Positions 22,323 to 33,824 are shown, counted from the stretch's first letter. The stretch is DNA of 64,000 bases from an uncultured Bacteroidota bacterium (GCA_963700635.1 CAVOYH010000004.1:608001-672000); one strand, 5' to 3'. Notes: generated from the sequence alone by a model not told the origin. A program made the numbers and translations.

Positions 22323-22937
22323 ATGCCATTCCCCCATCCCTTCTACCGCTGGCGGCCTCATCCCTGGCATGGACTCGAAGTCGGACCCAAACCGCCTTCC
22401 GTGGTGCATGCGTTTATTGAGATCACGCCTTTCGACCTGATCAAGTACGAGGTGGACAAAGCAACGGGGTACCTCCGGGTGGACCGCCCGCAACGGAGCT
22501 CCTCGCTGCCTCCGTCGTTGTACGGATTTATCCCCCGCACGTATTGCGCCAACCGGGTCGGCGCTCTTTCCGCCAGCGGTAGACATGGCGATGGTGATCC
22601 CCTCGACATTTGTGTCCTGAGCGAACGTCCGATAAGCCGTTCGGAAGTTATTATGAACGCCAGGGTCGTAGGGGGGATTCTGATGGTTGACAGGGACGAG
22701 GCGGACGACAAGATCATTGCGATTCTTGAAAGTGACGCCTTCTGGGGGAACGTACGGGATATCGCCGATCTCCCCGAAATTCTCATCGAACGGCTCCGGC
22801 ATTACTTTGCCACGTACAAACTTATTCCCGGCGCGCCCACCACGCATGTCTCCATCGAAAGCGTGTACGGCGCGGAACACGCGTTTAAGGTGGTGCAGGC
22901 CGCTATGCAGGATTACGAGGAGGCGTTTGGCAGCTAA
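22323..22937 (+). CDS. ppa: Inorganic pyrophosphatase (family I)
   Basis: HPWHG, KYEVDK, YGFIPRT, DGDPLDI, DDKII. Confidence 0.95.
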   Translation: MPFPHPFYRWRPHPWHGLEVGPKPPSVVHAFIEITPFDLIKYEVDKATGYLRVDRPQRSSSLPPSLYGFIPRTYCANRVGALSASGRHGDGDPLDICVLSERPISRSEVIMNARVVGGILMVDRDEADDKIIAILESDAFWGNVRDIADLPEILIERLRHYFATYKLIPGAPTTHVSIESVYGAEHAFKVVQAAMQDYEEAFGS

Positions 22938-23419
22938 TCATCCGCCTTCACTTCCAGCAGTACAATGGTGTACGATCGTTGCACCTCGCGCCCTGCGAAC
23001 ATGATCCCCAGCAATACGCTCACCATTCCACCCACAAAGATCCACAGGGGGACGACTTTCATGACGTCCGCCGCTATAAACAGGTTCAAACCGATAACTA
23101 CCGACGTCAGCACAAACAGGGCAATCGCTGTTTGCATGGATAGAATCGCATTGCGGACGAGGCGGCTCCGTGTGAGCAGTTCGCCGCTTTGTTTGCTGAT
23201 GCTCATGAACCGTATGTTATCCGCGTACTCCAGGTGATCGTGCTGTTGAAGGTAACGGAGGTATTTCCGGCGCTCCTCATTCAGGAGCCGGATGCGGTTG
23301 ATAATGATAGAGTACCGATTGTTCAGCCCGAGCAGGAGGAGCCCGACCGCGGAAATACCCAGCGCGGGCGCCAGCATACTCTGAATCGCGAGGATGGGAT
23401 TTATGGGGAGTTCATTCAT
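22934..23419 (-). CDS. DUF2721-like membrane protein
   Basis: [27 protein letters not shown] pattern with three TM segments. Confidence 0.75.
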   Translation of the reverse strand: MNELPINPILAIQSMLAPALGISAVGLLLLGLNNRYSIIINRIRLLNEERRKYLRYLQQHDHLEYADNIRFMSISKQSGELLTRSRLVRNAILSMQTAIALFVLTSVVIGLNLFIAADVMKVVPLWIFVGGMVSVLLGIMFAGREVQRSYTIVLLEVKADD

Positions 23420-23567
23420 ACGGAGCACATGGTGGTCGAGTGGATCGTTTCATACAAGATACGCACTTTCTGTGTCGATTCCCACTGCGCTTTCCCCTGT
23501 TTCTTTGTACCTTACCCTACCGGTCCCGGGATCCGGCTCACATGACCCCTCACACAACACTGAGAGT

Positions 23568-24823
23568 ATGAACCCTGTACGTTTTGCCGTCATAGGCCTG
23601 GGAGGATATGGCCTTGTCCATATCGAAGCCGTTCGCTGGCTCGCACGCCAGAAACTTGCCCGTCTTGCTGCCGTCGTCGCGCTCCCGATCGATCGCCAGA
23701 GCCGGCCCGACCTCGTGCGCACGCTCGAGGGCGAAGGCGTGGCGTTGTATTCATCCATCGAGGAGTTTTATGCACGATGGCACGTCTGTCGCTGACGTGC
23801 TCACCGTGCCCATAGGCATCCATCACCATGTTCCGGTGAGTGTTACGGCCCTCCAGGCGGGGCTGCATGTGTATTGTGAAAAACCCGTGGCAGCAACAGT
23901 GCAGGATGTCGATACTCTTATCGATGCGCAGGCCCGTCCGGGCAGGCAGGTCGCCGTAGGCTACCAGCATATCTGCAGCAATGCGATGCAGCAGCTCAAG
24001 CAGAGAGTTGTGAGCGGACGTCTGGGGCAACTGCACACTGCCACGATGCTCTGCGGCTGGCCACGCAGCAAGCAGTACTACTCCCGGAATGAATGGACCG
24101 GCAAGCTGCGCATCGGACGGGATTGGATCCTCGACAGTCCGGCCAACAACGCGCACGCCCACTATGTGCTCAACCTGCTGTTTGCAGGATCCGCAGCGTG
24201 AACGTCGGGCGGCGGTACCCCGGACTCTTCGCGCCCAGCTTCTCAGAGCCAACACGATCGAGAGTCCGGACACGACAGAGGTGATGCTGACCACGGACGA
24301 CAATGTGCGGATGCACTTCCTGCTCACGCATGCGAATGAAACACCGCAGGGCCCGAGGATGGTGATCGTAGGTGACCGGGGCAGGGCGTACTGGCAGTCG
24401 GACGAAGGGCTCACCGCGATCCGCTACGCCGACGGATCATCCGAGACGTTTGACAACCGCCTTCATCCGCAGTGGCGGTACGATGGCTTCCGCAACTTTG
24501 TGGAAGCGCTGCAGGGTAAGGCGGAGGTGCTCTGTCCACCCGGACTTGCCCGCGCCCAGACCCTTGCGATAAATCTTATGCATGAAAGTTGTCCGGAGAT
24601 CAACACCGTTCCCGAAGAAGCGATTGTCGAAAAGGAAGATTGGGAGATGTTTCCGCCTGACACCAAGGGTGTCTTCCGGCGGATACGCGACCTTGATGTG
24701 TACATGGATATCGCCATTCAGGAACGCGTGTTCCTCAATGAACTCGGTGTGGGATGGGCGGGCACAGGAGAAAGCCGTGAGGTCTCCGGCGACAAATATC
24801 CGGGCTTCGGAATCAATCGGTAG
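23568..24823 (+). CDS. Gfo/Idh/MocA family oxidoreductase (indels ~23770 and ~24190)
   Basis: FAVIGLGGYG, HVYCEKPVA, VGYQH, YYSRNEWTG, NAHAHY. Confidence 0.85.
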
Positions 24824-24838
24824 CGGCAGAAACAGTAC

Positions 24839-24875
24839 ACCCGTAGATCGTACGCGTCTGGCACGGTCTACGGGT
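24839..24875. repeat. Inverted repeat between convergent genes (REP-like hairpin or bidirectional terminator)
   Basis: ACCCGTAGATCGT...ACGGTCTACGGGT. Confidence 0.6.
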
Positions 24876-24890
24876 GGGAAGAGATCGGGG

Positions 24891-26237
<1,347 letters not shown>

Positions 26238-26297
26238 GATTTTCCTCTGATCGAATGATTCGTTGTTTGAAAAGAAACGCGAGCAGAACCCGGGCAC

Positions 26298-27461
26298 TCA
26301 CTGCTTGAAGAATGCCGCGACGAGCGTTTCATGGTCCCTGTCGTTGAGATCCTGAAGTTCACCCGCGTACAATACTTCGCTGATGGGCGCAGTGTCGCCG
26401 TCCGGCGTGCGGCGCGACATGTCTTTGGTCAGGGTCTTCAGCCGTTCGAGCTCCTCCTCGTAAAATGCCACGGCCCCGTTGCCGATCTTCAGGGCCGGGA
26501 TTTCGGTGTCGAGATGGTCCGCGTCCAGCACGCATGTCCAGTTTTCCGCATACGGGGTGACCTGCAGCATCTCGGGGTGTTTTGCAATGCCGGTATTGAC
26601 ATCGATGACGCGGCCGCTGACCGGCGCGCGGAACGAGATCCGGCGCTTGTTATGGACTACGCTGAAGAGGGGCTGGCCCTGCTGGACCGTCATGCCGAGA
26701 TTGGGCAGTTCGACAATCTCGATCGGGCCGATGAGTTTGTTGGCAAAATCGTCGAGGCCCACGCGCACCGATCCGTCCTCGTACATGGCCGCCCAGGAGT
26801 GTGTCTGCGCGATGAACACGCCGCCCGGAATGGCAAACTCGCCCGCGCCGGTATGCTCGATGGCCGACACGTGCGTGATATGGACCTTGGGTTTCAGTTG
26901 TTTCTGGATCCGCTCCTGCCGCTTGAACAACGACTTCTTGACGAAGGCCAGGAGTTCATCTTCGGTGAACGGCTTCTGCACGTAGTCCATCGCGCCATGC
27001 TTCATGCACTCAACTGCCGTTTCCACCGTGGCATAGCCGGTAATGATCACGACGTCAATGTCCGGACGGATGTGCTTGACCGACTTTGTGACTTCCACGC
27101 CATCCATGGCCGGCATTTTCAGGTCGGTGAACACAAAATCGTAGTGGTGGGTCTGCAAAAGCCCCAGCGCTTCCTGGCCGATCTGGACGGTGTCGACGGA
27201 ATATCCGTCGAGGACCAGGATCTTCCGGAAGCTGTCCAGAATCACTTCCTCGTCGTCGACGCAGAGTATCCGGGCCTTCGGGTGTTCCACCTCGGCCCGC
27301 TTGAGCGTTTTTGCCTCGCGGCTGAAATCGAGTTTCAGGCTGACCGCGAGGGCGTTCTCCCGCTCGCGGCGCAGTTTGTTCTCCTGAAGCCTGCGCGAGA
27401 TCAGGCGGATGGCGATGTCCGCGATGACGAAAACGATGACGGCTATGATGAACAGGAACAT
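26298..27461 (-). CDS. TM - receiver domain - GcvH-like (lipoyl-carrier fold) fusion protein
   Basis: N-terminal TM; REC (VDDE, TDLKMP, TGY, KPF); GcvH-like HSW..VRVGLDDF..LP..G..G..APVSG.V..VN..PY..W. Confidence 0.85.
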   Translation of the reverse strand: MFLFIIAVIVFVIADIAIRLISRRLQENKLRRERENALAVSLKLDFSREAKTLKRAEVEHPKARILCVDDEEVILDSFRKILVLDGYSVDTVQIGQEALGLLQTHHYDFVFTDLKMPAMDGVEVTKSVKHIRPDIDVVIITGYATVETAVECMKHGAMDYVQKPFTEDELLAFVKKSLFKRQERIQKQLKPKVHITHVSAIEHTGAGEFAIPGGVFIAQTHSWAAMYEDGSVRVGLDDFANKLIGPIEIVELPNLGMTVQQGQPLFSVVHNKRRISFRAPVSGRVIDVNTGIAKHPEMLQVTPYAENWTCVLDADHLDTEIPALKIGNGAVAFYEEELERLKTLTKDMSRRTPDGDTAPISEVLYAGELQDLNDRDHETLVAAFFKQ

Positions 27462-27481
27462 GAAGAGATCTCCTTGTGTAG

Positions 27482-28312
27482 TCAGAACAGGGAATTGGAG
27501 CTGCACGGTATCAATTGCTGCAGCTCGTATTCGACATCCGTCGGGACGATCCTGTACATCCATCCCTCAAAGTACGGGTCCTTTTCGAGGACGCCGGGTG
27601 ACAGAGTAAGAATCTCCTGCCGTTCCACGATTCTTCCGCTCACGGGAGCGAGAACGGGATGCACCAGACCGTCGTGGGTCTTCACCTGTGCGCACGCGGT
27701 TCCCTGGACCATCTCTCCGTCCGCCGGAAGGAGCTCCACGCTTTCGATCGGATCGGTAATGCGCACAAAAAGATGGCTGAGACCCACCACCGCTGTCCCC
27801 GTCCCTTCCAGGGCCACCCAGCTGGCAAGGCCGAGCCGGTAATAGAGGGGTGGGCAGGGGACGACCATGAGCATCGGATCGTCCTTTGACGCCCCATCGC
27901 GGGAATGGGCCATTTTCAAATCCCTGTACCGGAGCGCGCGTCTGACGGCAGACAGCAACTCGTCGCTTGTGAACGGCTTGGGCACAAAATCGATCGCCCC
28001 TTCGCGCAATGACCGGACGGCGTTTTCGACCGTGGTGTAGCCCGTTGCCATGACGACCGGTACGTCGGGCGTGAGCCGTTGTGCCTCCTGCAGGATCTGA
28101 AAACCGTCGACCTGCGGCATCATGATGTCGCACAGGATGATGCGGGATGATGCAGCGCGGATACGCTCGAGGCCGTTCTGCCCATCCGCGGCCGTCTCGA
28201 TAGAGTAGCCTTCCGCCCCACAGATCTTCTCCACCGCGTCCAGAATCACCTGCTCGTCGTCGATAACGAGGATGTCGACCTGGCGTGCCAAGCGGCTACC
28301 GTGGTTGCTCAA
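27482..28312 (-). CDS. Receiver domain - GcvH-like fusion protein (no lipoyl Lys)
   Basis: REC (IDDE, CDIMMP, TGY, KPF) followed by SW..AVVGL..APVSGRI..DPYFEGW. Confidence 0.85.
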   Translation of the reverse strand: MSNHGSRLARQVDILVIDDEQVILDAVEKICGAEGYSIETAADGQNGLERIRAASSRIILCDIMMPQVDGFQILQEAQRLTPDVPVVMATGYTTVENAVRSLREGAIDFVPKPFTSDELLSAVRRALRYRDLKMAHSRDGASKDDPMLMVVPCPPLYYRLGLASWVALEGTGTAVVGLSHLFVRITDPIESVELLPADGEMVQGTACAQVKTHDGLVHPVLAPVSGRIVERQEILTLSPGVLEKDPYFEGWMYRIVPTDVEYELQQLIPCSSNSLF

Positions 28313-30169
28313 TCGGGAGCCTGATACGGAACGATGTGCCCTTGTTCACCGCGCTCTCCACCTTGATGGTCCCGTTGTGGTTGTCTATGATCCCCCAGAT
28401 GACGGACAGGCCGAGGCCCGTTCCTTTCTGCCCTTTTGTCGAGAAGAAGGGCTCGAAGATGTGCGGGAGGTCCTCCGCCGGAATGCCGCACCCCGAATCA
28501 GACACCGTGATCTCCACATACTCGCGCATGCCACCGGTATCGACCGCTTCCCACCGCTGCCAGTCGCATCCCCTGCGCACGCAGGATTCCCACTTTCCCT
28601 GTGTCGGGATTTCAATCCAGAACACAGGAGCGCCACATGTCGGGCACGGTGTATCATGGGCATGCAAGGATATCCCACATTCCGGACAGCTGAGGTCCAT
28701 CAGGGTCCCCTGCGGGACGGGAATGCTCGTCGTATGGTTGTGGCGGCCGTACACCGGATCGATGAACAGATATCCCTCTTCGCTGCCGGAGCGCATCTTC
28801 ACCCTCACCGCGGGGACCCCGTGGATGCGTGTTGTTGCATCGATCAGGGAATGCCGCTTCGGGCACGTGGCCTTCTTGATCTGAGCCGTCCCGTACGGCG
28901 ACAGCCTGATCGGGGACGCACCTATCGTGATCGTCCCGCCTTTTCGACCATCGCATCGATGCCGTTGACGATCAGGTTGATGAAGACCTGCTGTATCTGA
29001 TTGGCGTCGAGCGTGACGCGCGGGAGCGATGCGTCGATGGACTTGACGAGTTCGACGTGGCGCAGGGTGAGCTGGTTGTGTGCAACCTCGATCGCGCGGT
29101 CAATGATCTCATGGAGATTCGCCTCGCTTTTCTTGGGGACGGATTGTCGTGCGAAATCCAGGAGGCTCTTGACGATCTCACGCGATCGCAGGGTCTCCCG
29201 TACAATCACCTTCAAGTCGTCCTGAATCTCCGGCTGGTTGGCCGTGCGCTTGAGCAGGAAACTGCTGTACGTGAGAACGCCGGTGAGCGGGTTGTTGATC
29301 TCATGTGCCACACCAGCTGCCAGACGGCCGAGAGAAGCCAGTTTATCGGACTGGAAAAGCTGGAGTCTGGCCTCGGAAAGTTTGTCGGTCATGTTATTGA
29401 ACGAGCGGGCCAGCTTGCCGAGCTCGTCGTGACGAGTTGACTTGATGCGGTACGCCAGGTTGCCGTCTGCTACTTGTTGCGTCGCCTTGAGAAGGGCAGT
29501 CACGGGTGTGTCCACCCACCGTTCTACAAAAAACCCGATGATGATGCTCAGGGCGACAACCGCACTGAGTGCGAACCACACCATTTCTATTCTGCTGCTC
29601 TGGATTGTCCGGTCGACTTCATTCAATGGCAATGTAACATCCAGAACGCCCAGCACCGTCTGCTGCTCGGGGTGTACATGACAGGGGGCCGACCAGCATG
29701 CCTCTTCGTTGTTGATCGGATTGATCACGCCGAGCATGCGCGCAGAGTCAGGATGCACCTGGAAAACACGTGTCCGGTCTGCAATGGGCAGGCGCTCGAG
29801 GGGACGGTCCGCTGAGTGGCAGGCATAACAGCTCTCGGCGTTCTTGTCCACGGATTTGCCGATGTCTTCCTCGACGGACGAATAGATGATCTCGCCGGTC
29901 TTGTTGAGCACGCGGATCTTGCCTATTGTCGGTTGCCGGCCGATCTCGTTGATTGCAAGGTGAATACGATCCCGCTGATTCAAGAGCATGTCATAACGCG
30001 TACTGTACTTGACGGTCTCGCTCAGCTGATTGGCGTGCCGTTCGACTTCCGCCTGAAGACTGGTGCCATGTGATTGAATATTAAAATAGGCAAAGATGCT
30101 GATAATCAGAATCGCTGTGACACCGACCACCAGAATCAGTTTTAGCCCGATATGTTGCAGAAGCCTCAT
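28296..30169 (-). CDS. Membrane sensor histidine kinase with periplasmic heme-c motifs, HAMP and a Cys-rich insert in HATPase_c (1-nt indel ~28940)
   Basis: TM, CYACH and CWSAPCH, TM, HAMP, AHEINNPL, QVFINLIVN, insert, DSGCGI, FEPFFSTK, GTGLGL. Confidence 0.9.
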
Positions 30170-30177
30170 GCCGTCTT

Positions 30178-31353
30178 TCACCGTTTGGGCACAGGGAGAG
30201 TCGAACCCGGCCGCTCGCGTGGATACGTCTTGTCGTCGTGGCACCCGGCGCAGGTCGGCGGTTTGTCAAAGTGTTTCTCTTCATGGCACAACTCGCAATC
30301 CAGCTCCCGGTGTGCAGCGTCCAGACGGAAACCTGTAACATCATGCTTGAAGGTCTGGGGAGTCCAACCGGCGTGGCAGGCCGAACACTCGGAACTCATT
30401 TTTTCATACCGCTTGTTCTGTCCATGGCACTTCTCACAGGACAGGGTGTTGTGGAACCGATTCAGGGGCCATCCTGCACTGCGGGCGTGGTCAAAGGCCT
30501 CCATCGGTTTGGCGGCGTGGCACCCTTCACATTTGTCGGTGGCGTGGCACGTGAAGCAGGGGGCATGAAGTGCTTCCATCGTGCGCTGGGGCCGGACCTG
30601 CCGGTCTGTTGCTGCTGCGGCGCCCGGCTTCTTCTTTTCATGACAGCGCACACACGCCTCGCCGCGATGACAGTTTGCGCACTGCAGGCCAAACCGGCCG
30701 GCGTGGTCGTCATGGAAGAATGTTACAACACTTCCTTTCTGGCTGCGCGTTTCGTACACGACACGCTTGGGCAGAGGAACCTCGGGATGAGACTTTCCTG
30801 CAAGCTGTGCCTTCTTTAATGCTTCCGTGGTACTCTGATTGGCCTCCCGCTTGAGATGGCAGCTTGTACATTCCGTCGTCTTGCTCCACTGTCTGTGGCA
30901 ATCCATACACTGCCTGTGATATGCGGCTTTCAGATCGGGCATGGTGATGTCTGTCCTTGAGCGGTTTGCCGGATGACATTCTTTACATGCCAGAATCGTC
31001 ATGGATGTGCTGTTGTAGTGGTGACAGCCATAACATCCGCCCGACATCTCCGACATATCAGAATGGAGACGATGGGAGAAGATGACCGGGCCATATTCCT
31101 TGGACACCTTGCTCATGATCAGTACTTCGGGTCCGCTTCTGGGAGGATGAAATCCCGGAATGATACGCGCCCGCGGGCAGGCCGACAGGCAGGGATCGGT
31201 CTTCGTCGGGGCCGAACATTCATGGCAGGTCTGACAGGAGACGTTCAGGGGTTTTGGCGGGACATGTTTCTGCCACTTCGAATCCTGGGCACGTCCGGCT
31301 GCGACGGAGAAAAGAGCTGCAAAACACAGGATGAAAAAATATCGGATTGTCAT
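30178..31353 (-). CDS. Periplasmic multiheme cytochrome c (c3-like modules), 13 CxxCH
   Basis: Signal peptide; 13 CxxCH motifs counted; c3-type F.H..H motifs; ATGA overlap with the NrfD gene. Confidence 0.92.
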   Translation of the reverse strand: MTIRYFFILCFAALFSVAAGRAQDSKWQKHVPPKPLNVSCQTCHECSAPTKTDPCLSACPRARIIPGFHPPRSGPEVLIMSKVSKEYGPVIFSHRLHSDMSEMSGGCYGCHHYNSTSMTILACKECHPANRSRTDITMPDLKAAYHRQCMDCHRQWSKTTECTSCHLKREANQSTTEALKKAQLAGKSHPEVPLPKRVVYETRSQKGSVVTFFHDDHAGRFGLQCANCHRGEACVRCHEKKKPGAAAATDRQVRPQRTMEALHAPCFTCHATDKCEGCHAAKPMEAFDHARSAGWPLNRFHNTLSCEKCHGQNKRYEKMSSECSACHAGWTPQTFKHDVTGFRLDAAHRELDCELCHEEKHFDKPPTCAGCHDDKTYPRERPGSTLPVPKR

Positions 31354-32591
31354 TTTCCGCCTCGAATGGCATACTTGGTCTTGGGTGCCGTCGTCGTGTC
31401 GGGGATGCTGATGACCGGGAAGATCATCACGTAGGCGCGGTACATCAGGACGAGAAGACAGGCAAATCCGACAGTAACCGAAATTTCCCCGACGGACGGG
31501 AAATACGATGAAGACGCATAGGGTGGTGTATAGGCGACTACAAAATTGTTGATCCTGTTGAGTGCCACGCCAACGATAACAAGTGACGAGGCGATGAAAA
31601 GCAGCACCGGCGACCGCAGGACAGTCCGGGAAAGAAACATCCTCAACGGGATGATCACGCCGAGCACAACTTCCACGGTCCACATCACACTTGCCGTGTT
31701 CAGTTCCTGGAGGTAGACGAATGTCTCGCGGATGAACATGTCTCCGAGTTTAAAAGCGAGATACACGCCGAGAATAGGCGCAACGGTGCTGCCGAGCTTT
31801 GACAGGACGTCCATTTCCATCTTCAACTTGAAGGATCGGGAAGCGAGAATGGACTCAAAGATCACCATGGGAAAGCCGACAGCGACGGCGGAGAGCAGGA
31901 ACAGCAGGGGAAGCACGGGCGTCTGCCAGAGAGGATGCATTTTGGGGCCGGCGATCACCATGAGGGTGCCGAGCGAGGACTGATGGAGTGTCGAGAGCAC
32001 CACTCCGGCGATGACGAAAGTAAACATGGTCTTGCCGAGCCCCCGGTCCATCACCCGGAGAACTTTGTCAATCGGGCGGTTCAGAATCTTCAGGGCGCCG
32101 GGAAGGTTCACCTTGCCGATAAACCGTTCCGTCACGATCGGGATGAATTCTATGTACAGCACCGTCATGTAGATCATGACGCAAATACCCACCTCGAACA
32201 GGGCGGATGAGCCGTTCCACATCACGAGGGGATGCCAGATAAAATACCACCGTCCGATATCCACAAACACCGCAAACGCGACGAACGTATAACCGAGCAT
32301 CGCCGTCAGCAGGGCAGGGCGCAGGACCGCGTGATATTCCTCGCGGTGCATAACGTGTCCGATGGCCGCGGTGGTAAAACCACCGGCTGCCAGCGCGACA
32401 CCGGCCGCGACATCCACGGCTATCCACAATCCCCAGGGATACTGATCGTTAAGATTTGTTACCGATCCGATTCCAAAGAAAAACCGGCCGGCGAGAAAAA
32501 TCAGTCCATTCAGTGCAAGAACGGAGAGAACAATGACACCCGGCGTGAAGAACTTTGCCTTGATGGGTGCTGGTTTCATGTGTGCGTGCAT
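31350..32591 (-). CDS. NrfD/PsrC family membrane subunit (HybB/HmcC-like)
   Basis: YPWGLWIAVDV..GVALAAGGF, DIGR, SALFEV..C, LSTLHQSSLG. Confidence 0.92.
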   Translation of the reverse strand: MHAHMKPAPIKAKFFTPGVIVLSVLALNGLIFLAGRFFFGIGSVTNLNDQYPWGLWIAVDVAAGVALAAGGFTTAAIGHVMHREEYHAVLRPALLTAMLGYTFVAFAVFVDIGRWYFIWHPLVMWNGSSALFEVGICVMIYMTVLYIEFIPIVTERFIGKVNLPGALKILNRPIDKVLRVMDRGLGKTMFTFVIAGVVLSTLHQSSLGTLMVIAGPKMHPLWQTPVLPLLFLLSAVAVGFPMVIFESILASRSFKLKMEMDVLSKLGSTVAPILGVYLAFKLGDMFIRETFVYLQELNTASVMWTVEVVLGVIIPLRMFLSRTVLRSPVLLFIASSLVIVGVALNRINNFVVAYTPPYASSSYFPSVGEISVTVGFACLLVLMYRAYVMIFPVISIPDTTTAPKTKYAIRGGK

Positions 32592-32603
32592 TCTGTGGTA
32601 CTC

Positions 32604-33500
32604 CTAGAGACCTTCTTCTTTGCGTGTTTTGGTCATCCACATGATGGCCCCGAGAATTGCGTAGAGGGCAACGGGAGGCATAAAATAGGCAAAAATGCCG
32701 TGCTGGATTGCTTCGGAAACGCCCGGGGCGGGAGACGGGCTGAGCTTCGGGAATTGCAGATCGGTAAATTCCCTCCCCGCCAGGTACATCCACGCTGTTC
32801 CTCCCACCTCGTATTCACCATAGATATGATCCACATACCGATCGGGGTAGGTCTTGATCCTTTGATGTGCTATCCGGATTACTTCCTGGCGCGGACCATA
32901 GGTGAGGGCCTCCACAGGACAGATTTCCACACACGCGGGAAGCTGCCCCTTGGTGGTGCGTTCGATGCAGAAGTCGCACTTCCGGATATCCGGTTGCAGA
33001 GGGGTGAGAAATTCAAACGCAGGAATCTGGAACGGGCACGCAGCCATACAGTATCTGCACCCGATACACTTGTCAGTGTCCCAGACCACCGACCCGTTCT
33101 CCTCTTTGGAGAACGCGCCCACGATACACGCCGAGAGGCAGGCGGGGTGATCACAATGCATACACTGGACCTTTACATCAAACGGGAGGTCCTTGTTCCT
33201 GGGATTTTCATACTCATTCACGACGGTGAGTGCAGTCTCATCCGGACGGCGCATCCGTTCAAAGACCGAACGGTCAGCGTACGTGTCCAGCGGCTCTGTC
33301 GGAAGTTCGTGCGCGGTCCTGCACGCCCACTCGCAATTCCTGCAGCCGACGCATACGGTCGTGTCGACAAGCACGCCCATGCGGTCAGGTGAGAGAATAT
33401 TCTTGGGTGCGGCCTGCGCTGTTGAGGCATTAAGCCCTGCGACGGCGGTACCTGCTGCTGCGGCGGTCTTCAAAAACGTACGGCGGTCTTGTGCTTTCAT
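32604..33500 (-). CDS. Tat-exported 4Fe-4S dicluster protein (HybA/HmcB-like) with C-terminal anchor
   Basis: DRRTFLK Tat motif; CVGCRNCEWAC, CMHCDHPACLSAC, CIGCRYCMAACP, KCDFC..PACVEICP. Confidence 0.93.
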   Translation of the reverse strand: MKAQDRRTFLKTAAAAGTAVAGLNASTAQAAPKNILSPDRMGVLVDTTVCVGCRNCEWACRTAHELPTEPLDTYADRSVFERMRRPDETALTVVNEYENPRNKDLPFDVKVQCMHCDHPACLSACIVGAFSKEENGSVVWDTDKCIGCRYCMAACPFQIPAFEFLTPLQPDIRKCDFCIERTTKGQLPACVEICPVEALTYGPRQEVIRIAHQRIKTYPDRYVDHIYGEYEVGGTAWMYLAGREFTDLQFPKLSPSPAPGVSEAIQHGIFAYFMPPVALYAILGAIMWMTKTRKEEGL

Positions 33501-33542
33501 GGGGTTTCCTTGGGCGGGATGTATGTCCGTATGCCGCGAACT

Positions 33543-33558
33543 CTCAACAATTGCGCCA
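33543..33558 (-). promoter_or_regulatory. Possible sigma54 promoter for the Fe-S/NrfD/cytochrome operon
   Basis: TGGCGC-N5-TTGAG (GA instead of GC at -12). Confidence 0.45.
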
Positions 33559-33616
33559 TATTCGCCTGTTGAATTTTCAATCATTTAAGGGTGGCAGCGC
33601 TCGTTTTTGCCTCAGT

Positions 33617-33665
33617 TTTTCCCAAATTAGGGAAAACCTGTCATGTGTATTCCCACTTGTGGGAA
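33617..33665. promoter_or_regulatory. Two tandem palindromes TTCCC-N6-GGGAA (candidate enhancer/operator)
   Basis: TTTTCCCAAATTAGGGAAAA (33617-33636) and TTCCCACTTGTGGGAA (33650-33665); centres 31 bp apart. Confidence 0.55.
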
Positions 33666-33824
33666 AGCCCTTCCCCTTTTTAGCCCTAAATTTAAGGGTT
33701 CCCGTGGCATGCTTTATGAAATTTGGCCGTGTGCCGGGAGCTGAAGTGTTCTGATCACATTTGTCCGGCGAGTCAATGTTGCGGCAGGTGTGTAAGCTCC
33801 CGCGATACTGGAGGATATACGCTG

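Noticed and set aside
26298-28312. Genuine glycine cleavage system
   Set aside because: No gcvP or gcvT in the window; the H-like domains are fused to receivers and lack the ESVK consensus.
30178-33500. Hydrogenase-2 or alternative complex III
   Set aside because: No NiFe subunits, no ActB molybdopterin-like domain, and no ActD, ActE or ActF.
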